NCBI GenBank assembly: GCA_043228905.1 | Contig: JBHGNT010000007.1 | Span: forward strand, 8,742,001 to 8,806,000 | Reading direction: 5' to 3' | DNA: 64,000 nucleotides | Origin: Azolla caroliniana | Lineage: Eukaryota; Plantae; Polypodiophyta | Part shown: positions 1 to 12,167 of the stretch, piece by piece | Layout: every line of letters begins with the position of its first letter | Numbering within the stretch: the stretch's first letter is position 1 | Position numbers and translations under genes: made by a program | Notes under the pieces: generated by a model | Told to the model about the DNA's origin: nothing | Database searches by the model: none | What the model saw: the letters and a program-made list of their open reading frames with translations, nothing else

Positions 1-327
1 CGTGAACTTTGAGGCAAGACCCCGGGGCCTCCGACCGGAAGATATCTTCCTACTGCCTCGTTTCACATCGGGTTCACCAAAGATGTCGCGAAAATACGAC
101 GAGGATACGTGAACGTTGAGGCAAGACCTCGGGGCCTTTGACTAGAGGATATCAAATTTGTGTATTTATGTACTAAGAATTAACCAAAATGAGAAAGATT
201 AACAAATTTCATTAACAAGTAGAAAGAAAGATTACAATTAATCCCAAGATTGGGATTACAAAAAGTTTGCTAATGGAGATGGCTAGAGTAATAGATTAGA
301 AGAAATGAGATATGAATTTAATTAGAA

Positions 328-490
328 TATTAGGGTTTTTAGCTTCAATTCAAAAATTAGGGTTTTTGAGTTGTATGGCTTTGATTAGGAAATTAGGGTT
401 TACTTGAGAGATATGGCTTCTGTAAGGAAATTAGGGTTTTGAGTTCCGTAAGGAAATTTAGGGTTTTTTAGTGTTATGGCTTTCCTAGGG
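328..490 (-). repeat. Cluster of telobox-like (AAACCCTA) motifs in LTR F
   Basis: TAGGGTTT at ~331, 358, 394, 432, 459, separated by non-telomeric spacers. Confidence 0.7.
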
Positions 491-949
491 AAAATTATAG
501 TTTATGAGTGTTATGGCTTCGATAAGATAAGGGAGGTAAGAAGGAAAAGAAAATAATATATGGAGAGAGGATGAGTGTAGGAAAAAAAATGGAATTTTAT
601 ATGGAGTTCTCCCTTGATCATCTACATGTCCACTTTTTGTTGCATGGCCTCTACTTTTAGTTGCTTAGCTTTTTCTTTTAGTTGTATCTATTTTTAGTTG
701 CATGCGACTATCCACATGACCTTTACTTTTTGCATGCACTCCAACTTTAGTTGCTTGCGTCCACATGGCCTTTACTTTAATTCTCTTCACTTTATTTTAG
801 TTTGTTGCATGATCCAATCTTCTGTCCGTCCGTGTCCAACCTCGTCCGGTAGCCGGTTCCGCCCAATCGTCGAATCCCTCACCGGTTGGTTCTGGTTCCG
901 ATTTTGCTTGTCGGCCGATTTCGGTTTGATTGCCGACCGGTTCTGATTC

Positions 950-1180
950 CGGTTTGCTTGCTGACTGGTTCCTGTTTTGCTTACCGGTCAGTTTTCGGTT
1001 TTGCTTATCGGCCGGTTTCCAGTTTCCAATTTTGGTTACCAGCCGGTTTCCGGATTTGCTAACCAGCCGGTTTCTAGTTTGCTTATCGGCCAGTTTCCGA
1101 ATTTGCTTACCGGCCGGTTTCCGATTTGCATACCGACCGGTTTCCGAATTTTGCTTACCGGCCAGTTTCTGGATTTTGGG
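950..1180. repeat. Degenerate ~24-bp CCGG-rich tandem repeat in LTR F
   Basis: Recurring TTTTGCTTAYCGGCCRGTTTCCG units. Confidence 0.75.
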
Positions 1181-1488
1181 AACATGGCCACCATCATCCA
1201 TTGAGACAAAGTGGCCAAAGTGTTCTTAGCACAAATGAAAAATGAGGGAGCTCAAGGTGCTTATATAGCTAGGGCCTTAAGTTTCCTATCTATGTGGGAT
1301 AGTTCTAATTTCCCTATCTTCTCAAACTTCATTTTCATATAACTTGATATGTATTTCTCCATTTTGTATATAGTAAAATATGTTTTGAAGCTCTTGAGTA
1401 TATCCATCTTTCTATAGTAAGCTACTAATCTAATCTATAATAATTATTTAATTATTTTTTTATATAGTGTGTGAAGATTCACACGACA

Positions 1489-1950
1489 ACGTGCCACTTC
1501 TCTGAAACAGGGGGTCCTTGCCGCCCTGTGTCCAGTGAGCCTTACTAGCGAGGGAATACTTGTCAAAAAACTTGGTTAGTGTTTCAAGAGAAGGGTTCTC
1601 GATGGAGTAGATGTGCCCTTCTGACAGTCCGATTAGAGCGTAGATGGCTTCCTCCGTTATGACTTCCGTGTCAATTTTCTACACAACTTCTTCTGATTCG
1701 TCGTGCGGCGGTGCCTCTGCTATCCTTAGGAAACCTCCTAACCCATGTTGGTTGTACCATTTCTTGGTTGTTTCGGAAAGTGCCATAGGTTCCATCTCGT
1801 CGTCTAGTTCTGCGGGGGTGGGTAGGGCCGATGTGCTTGTATTTTCTTCTTGCGTCCGTCTGCTTACTTGTATTGTCCTTTGTGTGCTCAGTGCTTTGTG
1901 TTCGCAAAATGAAAGAGACTCTACGAGGCGGAGGTTTCGTGTTCCCATGC
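1489..1950 (-). pseudogene. Remnant of an extra ORF downstream of element A integrase, unknown product
   Basis: ORF 1679-2014 (…TKKWYNQHGLGGFLRIAE…) continues in frame past one stop until cut by F. Confidence 0.4.
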
Positions 1951-2059
1951 TTGGCGCCTTTCTCGATTCCCGCCCATGCACGTCATGTACTATAATAGCA
2001 ACTGTGGGACACATGATGATCTTTTTTTCGTTTTTTTTTTCTCTCTTTTTTTTTTCTAG

Positions 2060-5000
2060 TTCTGGTTATCCAATATGGTCCGGTCCACCGGAACCGTAGC
2101 TTCCTCGTCATCTTGCCCATCCGGGTCTGGAACACTAGTACCGGCTTGCCGATTCCAAACATCTTCTCGTTACCCTTCCAGTGGCGGTCGATGAATGCTT
2201 TCCTTCGTTGTTGCTTGAGTTCCATCTGTATTAGGCTCGCTATTTGATGCTCCTCTAGCTCGCATAGTGCTGCTAACTGGATTTTTTCCGACTCCTTCTC
2301 GCTCAGCCGCTATCCGTAAGCTTGGAATCTGGAATTCAATTGGCATCACCTCTTCAAGACCAAACACAAACTGGAATGGTGTTGTCCGGATACTTGTTTT
2401 GTATGCCGTCTGGTAAGCCCATAACGCGCGGTGCAGTTTTGTATCCCAATCATTTCGGTTCTCATTGACAATCTTTCGGAGAATGTTCTGGAGAGTTTTA
2501 TTGGTGGATTGGGCCAATCCATTGGTTTGCGGGTAATAAGGGGTGCTTCGCTTGTGTACGACTGCATAAAATGTTGTTCAGCTTTCCACCACTTGGCCGA
2601 GGAAGTGTCCACCTTGGTCGTTGATGAATTCGATTGGACATCCATACCGGCACCAGATGTACTCGTAGAGGAACTTTGTCGTCGACGCTGCGGTATTGTC
2701 ACGTAGTGCCTTGGCTTCCACCCATTTTGTACAGTAATTTGTGTCGACAATTATGTACCTGTTGCCAGTTCGCATTGTCGGTGGCTTGAATGGTCCAACG
2801 AAGTCCAACCCCCATTTCTAGAATGGCTCTAGCGGTAGTATTGGCTGGTGCGGCACGCGTGCTTGTTCCGTTGGCTGGCCCATTCTTTGACACAGATCAC
2901 ATTTCTTCGTATATCGAACCAAGTCCTTTAGTGTCGTTGGCCACCATAAGCCGTTGTGCCATATTTTCCTTGTCGTAGCTTCTCTGGCATAATGTCCTCC
3001 GACGGCCCCACAATGCGCTTCCCGTAAAATGATGTCCTTTTCATCACTCCGGACCGCTCGCCGCCATATGCCGTCCGTCGCTTTATGATACAGTGTATCC
3101 TACACAAGACAAAAGTGTCAGCTTTGCACCGCCAACCGTTTACGTTCATCCCGGTTCATCCCGTCTGGGGGTAGTCCAGTGCTTAAGAACTGGTGCATAT
3201 TCATTAGCCATTTGTCCTCGTCCGCGACTGTCCCATCTACCACGGTTTCTGCTGTAATTTTAAACAATGCGGCATCCAGAAATTCATCTTGAACATTGTC
3301 ACCGGTCTTTCTGGATTCTAACTGGCTCAAGTAATCGGCAACCGCATGTTGTATACCCGGCCGGTGATAGATCTCATATTCAAATTCTTGTAATAATAAT
3401 ATCCACTAGGCCAACTTGCCGGTGAGTGATGCCTTTGAGACCACGTATAAAAGCGCTGAATGGTCTACATGGAATGAAAACTTGCGGCCCAACAAATAAT
3501 GGTGGTATTTGGTGACACTGTATATCATTCCTAGGGCTTCTCTTTCCGTAGTGGAATAATTTCACTCTCCCTTTGACAGCTTCTGGCTAGTGTAGTACAC
3601 CGGCCGGTATCACTTAGGTTCAGTAAGTTGCATGAGTACGCTGTCGATTGCGGTATCCGACGCATCCATGAAGACATGGAACTCTTTTGACCAATCCGGG
3701 GGTTGTACCACTGGTGCTTGCGACAATATTACCTTAAGTGCGCGGTAAGCCTTGTCCTCTTGATCCGTCCATTTAAACGGTGTCCAGTGTACAACTGCGT
3801 GTAGTGGCATGGCAAGGTCTGCCAAGTATCAGAGCATCCAGCTATGCCACCGGATTTGTCCTAAGAACCGGCTTAAAGCCTTGGCGGTTGACGGTGCCGG
3901 TGCTTGCAAAATAGCCTTGACCTTATCCGGGTCCTCGACAATCCCTTCCTTGCTAACAATATGGCCCAACACTGTGCCGCTGGTCACACCGAAGACACAT
4001 TTTGTCAGGTTTAAGCTTAACCGGTATCCTCTGCACTTTTCCAAGCATAACCTGAGATGGTCGAGGTGTTCCCCTTTTCGGCTATATACCGCGAAGTCAT
4101 CCAGGAATACCTGCATAAATGATGGTATGAATTCTCCAAATACTTCCATAATAATCCTCTGAAAGGTTGTTGGCACGATCTTGAGTTCGAACATCATTAC
4201 AACTACTACGAAGACTCCCCATTTTGTCACGAACGCCGTCTTTTCTTGATAGAGGAAGCTATAAACCTCGTGCCTGGCTATCGCATCTAAAACTCCATCC
4301 GTAAACGGAAGCGGAAATGCGTCGGTAACCATTGCCGCGTTCAATTTCCGGTAATCCACGCAGACACGGATCTTGTCGTTCTTCTTCAGCACTATGACAA
4401 TTGGACTTACCCAAGTGGCTTTCTTCACCGGCCGAATAAAGCCAACCCTGAGTAGCATGTCAATTTCCTCCTTTACTCTTGCCGTGTAGTTTGGGTTCAT
4501 CCGATAGCGTCGTTGTGCCACCGGCTTAGCGTCCTTGCTGAGGTGAATCTGGTGTTGATAGAGATGGGGGTCAACTCCCCGCATATCTTCATAGGACTAG
4601 GCGAATACGTCCCAGAATTCTCTTAATAATGCTATCATTGCCGATTTGTCTTCCGGTGACATCTCCTTGGCCACGTGTATCGGACGCGCTTCCTCTCTAG
4701 CACCCAAATTTACTTCTTCTAGTTGGGACGCCTTTACTCGTTGGGATACCGCCATTTCCCGTTCCAAGGTCTCTTGTGCTTGTCGCAGTTCCTGGAGTGC
4801 ATCCTTATCCGGTTCCTCCATGGCCTCTTCCGTTTGCACAATGTATGGAGATACCACTTCTACTACGTCCACTTTGAACAGAGGGACTATCCTCGGGATC
4901 TCTTCAAGGTGGCGATCCACCTCCTCATCGGCCAGTCCTGCCAACAGGTTCACGCTTTCGGCATATAGTGGGGTTACGTCTTTGCCGGGGCCTGCTTGCG

Positions 5001-5337
5001 GTTGTGTGGGTACTCTTACTCTTGTTTTCCCTCTTCGGAACGTAATATTGTTTTTCTGCCAGTTCTATTTGATATGGGCAGTCCTTAGCCATGGTCATCC
5101 TAGCAGTAGTGGGTATGCCCCTTGAGCGTTCAACTGGAGGACTACCACAGAAATTCGAAAAGCATGACCTTCGATCGTCACCTCCAAGTCCCGGATCAAG
5201 GTGGCCGATTGGATTGAGTTGGTGTCCGCCATCTGGAGCCAGAATGGGCATGGTTCCCACTCCTGAATTCCCAAAGTGTCGCATGTCTAGAGGCTTATCA
5301 CGTTTACTCTTGATCCGCCATCAACTATCGTACTCGG
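2060..5337 (-). pseudogene. pol: Element A pol (protease C-part, RT, RNase H, integrase), multiple stops and frameshifts
   Basis: VCVDYRKLN and VFLDDFAV (RT); FHVFMDASD (RNase H); DFVGPF...YCTKWVEAKA and DWDTKLHRALWAYQTAYK (integrase); LRFRWTGPY. Confidence 0.92.
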
Positions 5338-5996
5338 TGTCGTGGAGAAAACCGTCCCTAGGCGGAATCAGAGAATAATGTGCACGAACCGGCCCTTACA
5401 CGCGGGCACAAGTTTTGTTGTTATATATATAAATAGGTACAAGGCGGCTGACATAAATATCCTGGATAGCACACATTGTTAGGTAGAAAATCGAGGCGTA
5501 TCTTTGTCTGAAACGACGGAGAATAAAGATGATGTAACGGCCTCCCTCCTTGGGATATAAAAGAGAGGGAGAGGAATCGTAGGGGGGATCGCTTTTGGGT
5601 GGAGGATGAAGTGCTGCTGGACTAGAGACCGAGCGCTGCCCCTCTGTCTTCCTCTGTCTTTCTCTGTGTAGGGTTTTGAGAGGCTGACATTGCTCCGCGG
5701 AACGCCCGTGTGCTTCCGGCAGGGTCTCCATCTCGCTCTTGTGTGTGTGTGTGTGTGCGTGGTCGTGAGAGATTGTTGCTCACCAGCCCACCAATTGTAA
5801 CCCCTTTTTGTCTGATATATTTATACACATACGCACATTTGTCTTGTTTCAATCGATCACGTTTTCTGTGTATCTGTGTGTGTGTGTGGAAGCACGACCG
5901 GTTTCTTTCTTGCTCCTACTCCTAATCGGTTATTCCTCGGTCCAAGACCCCCACGGTCCCGCCTCGTTCTATACACACGCGCGTAACAACGCGACA
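5338..5996 (+). repeat. 5' LTR of B (659 bp)
   Basis: Matches 18206-18488; TATA GGATATAAAA ~5553; followed by PBS. Confidence 0.92.
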
Positions 5997-6069
5997 TATT
6001 TTGGTGAACCCAACGTGAAGAGGTAGCAGAGGAATAGGAAGATCAGAGGATCGGAGCTTGCAGAAGCCA

Positions 6070-7240
6070 TGGCTTCATCTGTGGATCGGATAATGAGTGT
6101 GCGCAGGCGCCCTTGATAGGGCCATTGAAGCGATCGTTGGTACGATAGGGTGGTTCGGTGGAAAGGACGCCACGAGCTATTTGGAGGCCTACCGAGCCGA
6201 AATGATGATGAGGGACATTTCGGAGGACATGGGACTAGCCGGATTCCCTCGGGTGGCAATGCCGAGCATCCATGCAGAGGTGCTCGAGGTACGGGCTGAG
6301 AGCCAGACCTGCGAAGAATTTGAGGGTCGGCTCCATGAGAAATACGGGCTTGATGACGCGCTTCGCCTATCTAAGAGGGACTTCATGGGATGGGTTGAGA
6401 CCCCCGAAAAGGGGAGAAATGCGTCGGTGCTCCTCTTGGAGTTTGAAGAACGCTTCGCGCGTCTTTCGGCGTTGGACCGGACCGTATTGGACACAAGTCG
6501 TGTCCTGTTGTTTGTTAAATTGGTGGACATGAGGGACCGAGAGCAAGTGGGCCTCTTGCTGGAGACCGACGACGGGCTGACGGTTGACTGGGCCGTAGTG
6601 AAGAGAGTTTGCGTCCGTTTCGACAAATGACAAGATTGGGTAGATAAAGGCTCGGCAGGGGCAGGTTCTATTGCGACAAGGAAGCTCGAGGTACCCCCAC
6701 CGGCGTGAAGGGAGGAGACCCGAGATTGGCTCGAGACTGGCTCGACTTCGACCAGAGTGGTCAAGGGCCCGTTTGGAGGTGCGGCTCTAGAGGAGCTGAC
6801 TTAGATGGTGAGGGACCTCCAGATTGCAGAGGCACGGAGGGTCAGCGGCAAACAAGCCCGCAACCGAAGGCCTTCGGCCGGGCATCGGTGCTTGTGGTGC
6901 GACGCGGTCGGCCACGCTCGGAAGGACTGCGAGGATTTCACCGAAGCGATAAGGTCTAACGTTGTGTATTTGTGGAATGGGCGTGTACATGCTTGCGAAA
7001 CCAGGAGGGCCCTGGAACTGAATGTCAGACGAGGGGGAATGAAGCGAATGATGGAAGAAGCGGCGACTCGCCACGTGGACATTGTCCACTACTCGGTGTC
7101 GGCAGGAATCCAGGTCGGGAGCGATGAAGGACTCCGGACTCTGGCTGTTGATGCTAGAAGGCCTCGCCGGCGTACGATTGAGGAAAGAAGAAGCGGACCG
7201 TGCGGAAAGACGGGTCCGGGAGGTAACCAGGTGGAGTGAC
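6070..7240 (+). pseudogene. gag: Element B gag (disrupted)
   Basis: FGGKDATSYLEAYRAEM...VLLFVK; zinc knuckle CLWCDAVGHARKDC. Confidence 0.8.
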
Positions 7241-10200
7241 CCGATCGAAGAAAAGACGGGCTTCGTAGAATCCGTGTGCCAGAACTACGAGGTTCGGATG
7301 GAAGAGAAGCATGCGGGCAAAACCGGAGGGGCTGGACCCTCACAACGGTATGAGACCAGGTTTGGGCTGAGGCAGAATGACGTTGATGCCCCAAGCACAC
7401 CGGATAAAGCAAAGAAGGCCTGTTACCGGTTGAGCACGGAGATTGGAAGGGCCACGGACCTACGAAAGGTCCTGGAGGAACGGATCCTCGACAGCAAAGT
7501 GGAGCTGTCGCTGAGGGAAGTGCTCGGGATCGCCAAGAAGGAGTTCCACAACTCCATCGTAGACTTAGTGAAGCGAAAAAGGCTTTCAACGGAGTTGAAG
7601 CCGGAGAAGCCAGTGGAGGTGCGAACGACGCACCTAGAAGACATGGCCCTGGAAGACGAGTTGGCGGAAAGCCACTATTCGAGGCTACATTGGGCTAGAG
7701 CCACTACCGAGACCCCTGTTAAGATCGGAGACGTCTAGGAACCGGTGGTGGCGTTGGTAGACCACGGTTCGGAAATCAACCTGATGTCCATGGACTTTTA
7801 CAAGAAGGGCAGGTGGCCGATCAACACCAAGCACGGGTGGAAAATACGAGCGGCGACACGCACCACGGAGGAGCTACACGGAGCCTGCCCGAATGTACGA
7901 GTGAAAATTGGTGATGTTGAGATCGATCAGCACCTCTTTGTGCAGGAGACATCCTTGCATCCGGTGATACTCGAGGAACCGTACATCACAGTGGCACGTA
8001 TGGAGACGAAGGTGCTGGACAACGGTTCGGCGTACGCGCGGGTCAAGAGCCAGGACGGGCGTCACTCTGTCCAGTTTCTGACGGTGAGGCCGAACCATGA
8101 GCGCAACCGTGAGACCCTCGGCGGCGAGAGCTGAGGGGATTTTTAGAGAGGGCTATCAAGGCGTGGGCCCGAGATAGTCCGGGGTCTCCGGCAAAACCCC
8201 ACACATGTACAGTAGGCAGAAGAACCTGTAACATAGGTAGGAAGTTTTGGTTCTCCGACAACGGAGGTAGTATGATAGTCAGCGTCATTGGCCGGGAGAA
8301 GAAGCGGGCAGAAAGGCGACTCAGGGCATGGAGAGTCCTTGGCCCTAGAGAGGGAATCAATGGAGCCGTGGAGGCAGTCTCTTTCGACGACACCTTGGGG
8401 AAGCTAGGGAGGTGTTCGGAGAGGGCCTTAGTGAAGACCGGACAATTCCGGTATGTTCGGAAAAGATGTACGAAGTCATCGCCGACTTCGGCAGAGGACT
8501 CGAGTCGGATCGGACAACCCGAGTGGATACAAAGTACAAGATTGTGGACCGGAAGGTGAGGCCAGTTGCGGCACCCTTGCCAGAGGGCAGCGAGTTAGGG
8601 ATGAAAGGGGTCGTGTCGGACCCGAGTTTACGAGATCCGGCCGGCATAGGACACCGGTTTACTGACATAATGCTATGAGAGCTCAAGGTCGGTGGGGGTG
8701 GATTTCTGCTGCCAACGGAGGAGGACTGATTCTGGAGAATGCTCGGGAGGCACGAGAAGGCCTTCACATTCTCGCCGGAGGAGATCGGGTGCGTAGACCC
8801 GATGGTTGTGGAATCGACGGTGATCTTCACGGTACCGCACATGCCATGGAATCTCAAGCCGATTCCAGTACCCAGAGCTCACATCCCAAAGCTGATGGAG
8901 CTGTTAAAACAGAAGGGGGAGATGGGTATCCTCGAACCGTCGAGTGCCCCGTATTCTAATCGGTGGTTTACCATGCCCAAGAAGAATGGTACGCTACGCT
9001 TCATTTAGGACCTGAAGCTGGTAAACAAGGTGACCATTCGGAATACAGGAATCAGACCGACCATAGACGAGTTCGCGAGGCCTTCGCCAGAAGGTCAATT
9101 TACTCAGTCAGTGATCTGTACTCGGGATACGATTAGTTCCAGCTGGCCATGGAGAGCAGGGACATTACGACGATGCGGACTCCTCTCGGCCTAGTACGGA
9201 TGTGTACCCTTCCGCAAGGGGGGATGAACTCGGTAGCCCACATGGTGAACGCAATGAACAAAGTGCTAAGGGATTGTATCCCGGACATCACCATGCCATT
9301 CTTAGACGACATCCCGATCAAAGGATGCCCGGTGGAGGATAAGGAAGAGACGATCGGACCGGAGGGATGCCAGAAGTTCGTGGCGGACCACGTTGATGGG
9401 TGCGAGAAGGTGCTGCAATGGCTAGAAAGCATGAGGCTCACCTTCTCCGGGGAAAAGTCGGCCTTCGGGCAATCAGAGGTCATGGTCGTCGGACACCTAT
9501 GTGGGCCGTTCGGTCGGAAACTGTCGCCGGCCAAGGTGGAGGCCATCTCCGCGATGAAGCGCGATTGCAATTCGGTCACGGAAGTCCGGAGGTTCTTGGG
9601 AGCGTGCACGTTCTACCATATCTGGATCCCGCATTACGCCCACGTCGTGGAGCCGCTCTATGGACTACTGAAGAAAGGGCGTAAGTTAGTTCGAGTGGAG
9701 AGAGGAGCATATGGAGTCGGTCCAGAAAATGAAAGAAGCACTTGTTGCGGCACTGACACTCTGGAAAGCAGTCTACGGTAGAGACATCCCGATTTACGTG
9801 ATTGTAGATACGAGTCCAACCGGAATCGGATGGGTGATCAACTAGGAGGCTGAGAATGGCACGAGGTTCCCCATCCGGTTCAACGCGAAAGTCCTCAGTG
9901 AACGACAACGAAGGTACGCACAGGTAAAACGTGAACTCTGGGGTATCGTTTCGGTGGTCAAGGCCGACAAAGACTATCTGATCGGGATGAAGGTGATAAT
10001 TGAGACGAACTGCCTGCCGATTCTTGGTATGGTTTCCGGATGTGCAACGTCGGACCTGGCAATGCTCAGGAGGATAGCGTACATCAAGTCCCTGAATCCG
10101 GAAATATGACACATTTCTGGAAAAGATAACGCCATGGTTGACATGCTTTTGAGGGCGAGATTCGATGACGAGGATAGCATGGTTTCGGATGACGAGGAAG

Positions 10201-10586
10201 TCGGTGTGGACTTCTTCGAGACGACTTGCGTGACGACAAGGGAGGGGAGCACTCCGGCGCTTAACGAGTTCGACGAGAGCAAGTACGACGGGGAGTGGCT
10301 CCAGATCGGTGGGTTCCTGAGGACAATGACACCGGACGCGGCGTGGACGAAGGAAGAGGCCAACCGGATTCGAAAGAAAGCGTACCGATTCTTCCTACGG
10401 GATGCACGCATATGGAAGCACCCGAAGAAGAGAAAGGCATCCCGCTGTGGCGAAGAAAGAGGAACAAGAGGAATTGCTGGGAGCGTACCACGAAAGTCCC
10501 TGGGCTGGACACCGTGGGACGTGGGCCAGATTCGAGAAGCTGAAGGGGAAGTACTAGTGGCCGGGACTATACCGGGACGTGCATCG
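7240..10586 (+). pseudogene. pol: Element B pol, part 1 (protease, RT, RNase H, integrase N-terminus)
   Basis: ALVDHGSEINLM; LPQGGMNSVA...PFLDDIPIKG; RNase H region; many stops. Confidence 0.9.
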
Positions 10587-10737
10587 TATTAGAGATCTAA
10601 GTACTAAAGTAAGCTTAAGATAAGGATAAACAAATGATAGATTGAAAGGAGAAAGAGAAAGAAGGGCGCCGATCCACCCGACCACCCCCGAGCGAAGGGA
10701 TCGAGACGAACTCGAGCCTCGATCGGCGTCCCATACC

Positions 10738-11308
10738 GTAGTTCGTCTCCAAGTTCTAGAAGCACCTCTTTAAAATGCTTAAGGTCAGTTGTAACCTCTC
10801 CTCCAGCTACCACCCGCAAACAGACGACCAAGTAGAACAAACAAATCAAACGCTGGAGCAGTATCTTCGGTGCTTTTTAAGCTATCATCAAGATGACTGG
10901 ACGGATATTTTCCACTTCGCCGAATTTGTGTATAATAACTCTGTCTACTCATCGACAAAGGTGACACCATTTTATGCTTACACGGGCTGCCATCCCCGGT
11001 GGTGTGTATTTGAAACCCCAGAGTTACCTACAAATCCTTGTGTAGAGGATCGTTTGGAGCGGCTACGTAAGATACAAGCGCATTTATCTACTCATCTACA
11101 ACAATCTCAACAAACACACAACGTTTACGCGAATCGTCATCGGCTTCCATCCAGTTTTGACATTGGAGATCATGTGTGGCTACTACGACGACACATCAAG
11201 ACTACTCGCCCATGCATGAAGTTCGATTACAGGCAATTAGATCCTTTCCGTATTATTGGAAAAATTAATGATGTCGCTTTTTGTCTCGATCTACCTCCAC
11301 GACTTCGG
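10738..11308 (+). pseudogene. Integrase fragment from another Gypsy family captured inside the 3' LTR of C
   Basis: SSSYHPQTD.Q.E.TNQTLEQYLRCF...FDIGDHVWL; absent from the partner LTR. Confidence 0.85.
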
Positions 11309-11599
11309 ATACTGGCGCGCTCGCTACAAGAGTTGACCCACCACAAGAGCAGAGTCTCGATTTAGTCAAAAGATGATCAAATGAGGGTAGCTCGGCCTCT
11401 TATTTATAGCGATACCCAAGGCCCCCAGGCAAGTTCACACTTGACCTAATGGGTTGTCTCAATCCCGAGGATTAAAAGTAATCCTCCCCTTCTTTACATT
11501 CTCGTTTAACCCTCACACTTATCCACGTGTATAGAATACTACGGTAAATTCTCACCACGGGATATTAAATGGTCATGCCCGTAACATACTCTCCCTCTT

Positions 11600-12165
11600 T
11601 AAAACATTGCACTCTTGCAATGGAAAGTTATGGAAATTAGTTTTGAGAGTATTTTCGCGTTCCCATGTGGCATCTTTTATTGATTTATCCATCCATTTTA
11701 TTTTAAATTCTCGGATTTCTTTAGTACGTAATTTTTTTGTTTTAACATCAAGAATTCTTTCTGGTACATGTGGTTTAGAAGATAATTGTTCAGAAGTAAC
11801 TAGAGTTTCAGTTGTAACTGTATTGTCGCCAGAATCTAAAAGTTCTTTTAGATGACTCACATGAAAGACTGGATGAATTGTGACACCATCGGGAAGAGCG
11901 AGACGATAGGCTGATGACCTAATGCGTTTGAGGACTGTAAAAGGTCCACAAAACCGTGGGGCTAACTTAGCGCATTTACCCGTAGACAATGTCTTAGAAT
12001 TGTGAGGTACACGTAAAAATACCTTCTGTCTAGGGTTGAATACACGAGGTTGCCTATGATGATCGGCATAAAAATGCGCTCTATCTTGAGCTGTTTTTAT
12101 ATTATCTCATGCAATATGCAACATATCTTGCATATCCCGAAGAAATTTTTGCGTACTTCGCAACT
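11600..12165 (-). pseudogene. Element C integrase C-terminus and chromodomain
   Basis: KLAPRFCGPF (GPY/F), IHPVFHVSHLK, PERILD...FKIKW...DATWE. Confidence 0.88.
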
Positions 12166-12167
12166 CA

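Larger units (their letters stand above)
1..1488 (-). mobile_element. Element F: 5' end (LTR, PBS, leader) of a tRNA-Trp-primed LTR retrotransposon inserted in element A; continues left of the window
   Basis: LTR 84-1488 bounded by TGTCG...CGACA; 63-79 TCACATCGGGTTCACCA matches the tRNA-Trp 3' end; TATA-like CTATATAA on minus strand near 1261-1268; right flank ACGT. Confidence 0.75.

Noticed and set aside
328-490. Telomere or interstitial telomeric array
   Set aside because: Motifs are isolated, spaced by unrelated sequence and lie inside an LTR; no (TTTAGGG)n tandem
797-1229. Overlapping ORFs of 60-134 aa
   Set aside because: By-products of the CCGG-rich tandem repeat in LTR F
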